From assembly GCF_009914755.1 (NCBI RefSeq), contig NC_060933.1: a stretch of 64,000 nucleotides of DNA; one strand, 5' to 3'. Position 1 is the first letter of the stretch, and every line of letters begins with the position of its first letter. Made by a program: the position numbers and the translations under genes. Positions 60,342 through 64,000 of the stretch are shown piece after piece. The notes under the pieces were generated by a model. That model saw only the letters and a program-made list of their open reading frames with translations. It had not been told where the DNA came from and did no database searches. This DNA comes from the human T2T-CHM13v2.0 reference genome, Homo sapiens.

Positions 60342-60629
60342 ACAGTGTTTTTCAAACTATTTGTGGTAAAGGACAGTTCTTGTTTTTAAAAATTTTTAAT
60401 CTTTGACAGATTTATGCTTTGATAAAATACTATAAAAAGAATTACTAGAAAAATGGAATTAAAAAAGACAAACACAATATAAGTTCAAATTTTTAATTAA
60501 ATTCAATAGACAAAATTATTCAATGATAATGGAAGTTTCTAAATGCTTACTGTCATTTTCTGTACAGATTGGTTAACAAATAGGTCATAGATGAATTCTG
60601 GTCTGCCTACCACTCTTTGAGAGGCACTG
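60342..60629. mobile_element. hAT-Charlie-type MITE relic in SNAPC3 intron 2
   Basis: Imperfect terminal inverted repeats cagtgtttttcaaa...tttgagaggcactg. Confidence 0.5.
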
Positions 60630-61809
60630 TTGTATGATAATATAGAGAAATTGTGCATGTAATAGTGAAATTTATAATTTCCAATTTATAGTCCACTTAT
60701 TTCATACTACCTCAGCTATGTTCTGTCGTTCTTGATCCTACGCTATTATCCCCCTCAAATATTCAGGCAGTCATTTCAACTCTACTTGGGTTTTCTTTCA
60801 TAATAACTGCTAAATCTGTTCCCCTGGTCCCTACTGCTGACTTTTACAGCAGCAACACCTGGAGCACTATGCAAGGTTCTTAAGTGTCTTTGATAAGTAC
60901 AGTCATTTCTCCCACTGATTTATCCATCATGCTGTCGCCTGAGCATGCCATTTTGCTTAAAAATGGTCTATGGCCCTACATCTCCTATATGGAAAAATTT
61001 CAAACTCCTTAGCTAGACATTTGAAGCCTTCCACATATATCCCAAATTTGCCTTTCCAGATTTATTTTCAACCACTTTCTCTTTCAGATGGCTCAGGATG
61101 CATGTGGCCTCTCTCCCATCTGAAACATACCACTTCTATGTTATGTTATGTTACGTTATTTTTTTGAGATGCAGTCTCACTCTGTTGCCCAGGCTGGAGT
61201 GCAGTGGCGTGATCTCTGCTCACTGCAACTTCTGCCTCCGGGTTCAAGCGATTCTCCTGCCTCAGCCTCCGGAGTAGCTGGGATTACCGGTGCCTGCACC
61301 CTCGGCTGCCTAACTTTTTTGCATTTTTTGTAGAGACGGGTTTCACCATGTTGGCCAGGCTGGTTTCAACTCCTGACCTCATGTGATCTGCCCAACTCGT
61401 TCTCCCAAAGTGCTAGGATTACATGCGTGAGCCGCCACACCTTGCCCATACCACTTTTTTAAAAGCCCAAAGATTCCTTTCCAGATTACCACAACCCATC
61501 TTTCCCTTAGGAAACAGATGCATTTATACTGCCTTAAACTCTTAACATTTCTAAAGTCCTTGAAGGCTCAATGAGAGTCCAAACTCCCATCTGTGTATTG
61601 TTCTCAAGCCTACTATACTGCCTTGCTCCAATTGGTGCTCTGTAACTATTGTTGATTGATTAGTTGTATTTGTCTAAAATGCACATCTGATTGTCACTCC
61701 CTTGCCTAAAACCTTTTGATGTCCCTTAGGCTGAAGTCCTGAGTCTGTAGTGGCTCACAAAGGCCTCTAAGGAGTGGACCTTGCTGTTTTCATTTTGTTT
61801 TGTTTTTGA

Positions 61810-61950
<141 letters not shown>

Positions 61951-63227
61951 TAATTTTGTATTTTTAGTAGGGACGGAGTTTCTCCATGTTGGTCAGGCTC
62001 CATGTTGGCCAACCTCTCGTGATCCACCCACCTCGGCCTCCCAAAGTGTTGGGATTACAGATATGAGCCACCGCACCTGGCCCGACCTTGCTGATTTTTT
62101 TTAAGCTTTCTCTCTGCAGTGTTCCAGCCACACTGCACTGTGTTTCAGTTCCTCGAATATGCTCTCTCACTCCAGGCCTTTGCCCAGAACAGTCATTCTT
62201 GCTTATCTCCTGACCTTGTTGACTTCTACTCATCCTGCAAGTCTTAGCTAAAGGACTACGGACTCCATTTAGGTCATCTTGTATGCTCATGTAGCACCCT
62301 ATGCTTCCCTATTGAAATGCTCATCACATCTGTAATATACGTGTTTAATTTTCTGTCTTCTTAGCTACACTTGAAAGTTCCTTAAGTTACATCTGCCACA
62401 CTCACTGCTATATTACCAATTCCTAGAACTGTGGTGCATAGTAGGGAGCCAACAAATATTTGTAGAATGAGTGGAATAAATGAAACTTTCAGAAGACTCA
62501 GGCAGTGATTTTTAGAGATAGACTGAAAAAAGAACGTTGATGATAATCATATTAAAGCAGACTCTTTTTTGCTATAGTTAATAATGTATTCATTGATTTA
62601 TAGTAATTTTGTTAAGCCATGTTAAATAGTAATTTTAAGACTGCTTAAACATTATTTCCCTTGACTACTTTGCACTACTAGGTCAACTAGATCTCCTTGG
62701 TTTCTTCTAGTCCCTCCAAACAGGATTTGTGGGTAGAATTATATATAATCTAATGTAAATCAGTACGGTATTCTTCAACTGGGGTTATTTTGATATACTG
62801 TGAAGCTAGTGTATTTAATACATGACCATTGTTAACCTTAATGGTCCTGCCAAAAAAAAATTAGACTTGTGGCAAAAGCCTAAATTTGTATCTCTATGCT
62901 TTATCTTTCTCTGAACCTTCCTTTTCCTCACCAATAATTTCACATTATTATATTATAAAAATAAAACATAAGTACATCATTTCTTTATTATGACATAAAA
63001 TAAATTTCTGGTACTTTTTCTTTCCCACATCAAATGAAAGAGCTCGTTTTATGCATATAAGGGACCAAAGGTAGTTGGTAGATATTGATTCTTCCTTGAT
63101 ACATGTTGCTCCCTTAATCTATAGCAAACTACATAGCTTTGGCAGTTTTGACATTTTTTTTGACTACTTAGTTGGTTTTAATTCCTAGGAATAGGAGAGA
63201 TAATTGTTAATACATGGGTGCTGCTAA

Positions 63228-63482
<255 letters not shown>

Positions 63483-63765
63483 TGACCAGGCTAGTCTCAA
63501 ACTCCTGACCTCAAGTGATCTGCCGGCCTTGCCCCAAAGGGCTGGTATTACAGGCGTGAGCCACGACGCCCAGCCCTTCAGCAACATTACTTTTAATACA
63601 ATAGAAATTTTAGATTATTCTGCCCATCCCCCTCACTTTTGTGACCAAGAAAGCACTGTTTACAGGTCCAGGATGTACTGTTTAAAGGTTAACAAAAGGA
63701 ACTTACAGAGTCCTGCAAAAACAAAAAACAAAAGAACCATGAAATTGGAGAACTCAAAACTCCTA

Positions 63766-63999
<234 letters not shown>

Positions 64000-64000
64000 A

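Overview
Human/great-ape-type intergenic DNA saturated with transposable elements (many dozens of Alus, L1 fragments, at least a dozen ERV LTRs, one young SVA, DNA-transposon relics). It ends in the CpG-island promoter and first two coding exons of SNAPC3 (SNAP50 subunit of the snRNA-activating complex, + strand, ATG 58809), which I recognise from the translated sequence. From memory this would be 9p22, between TTC39B and SNAPC3. Almost all other ORFs in the supplied track are Alu, L1 or SVA artefacts. Most notable observations: (i) a non-repeat, exon-like pair of minus-strand segments (13282-13420 and about 6200-7496) that may be relics of a decayed gene (speculative); (ii) a full-length SVA with a 32-bp 3' transduction, inserted into the TSD of an older Alu; (iii) one Alu hit by two different ERV LTRs, plus two further LTR-in-Alu insertions; (iv) divergent ZNF143/Staf-type motifs in the SNAPC3 promoter and a three-octamer LTR9 about 5 kb upstream, i.e. 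the same activator motifs that drive the snRNA genes SNAPc transcribes. I found no convincing novel biological system. Repeat subfamily names come from recalled consensus sequences and need RepeatMasker/Dfam confirmation.
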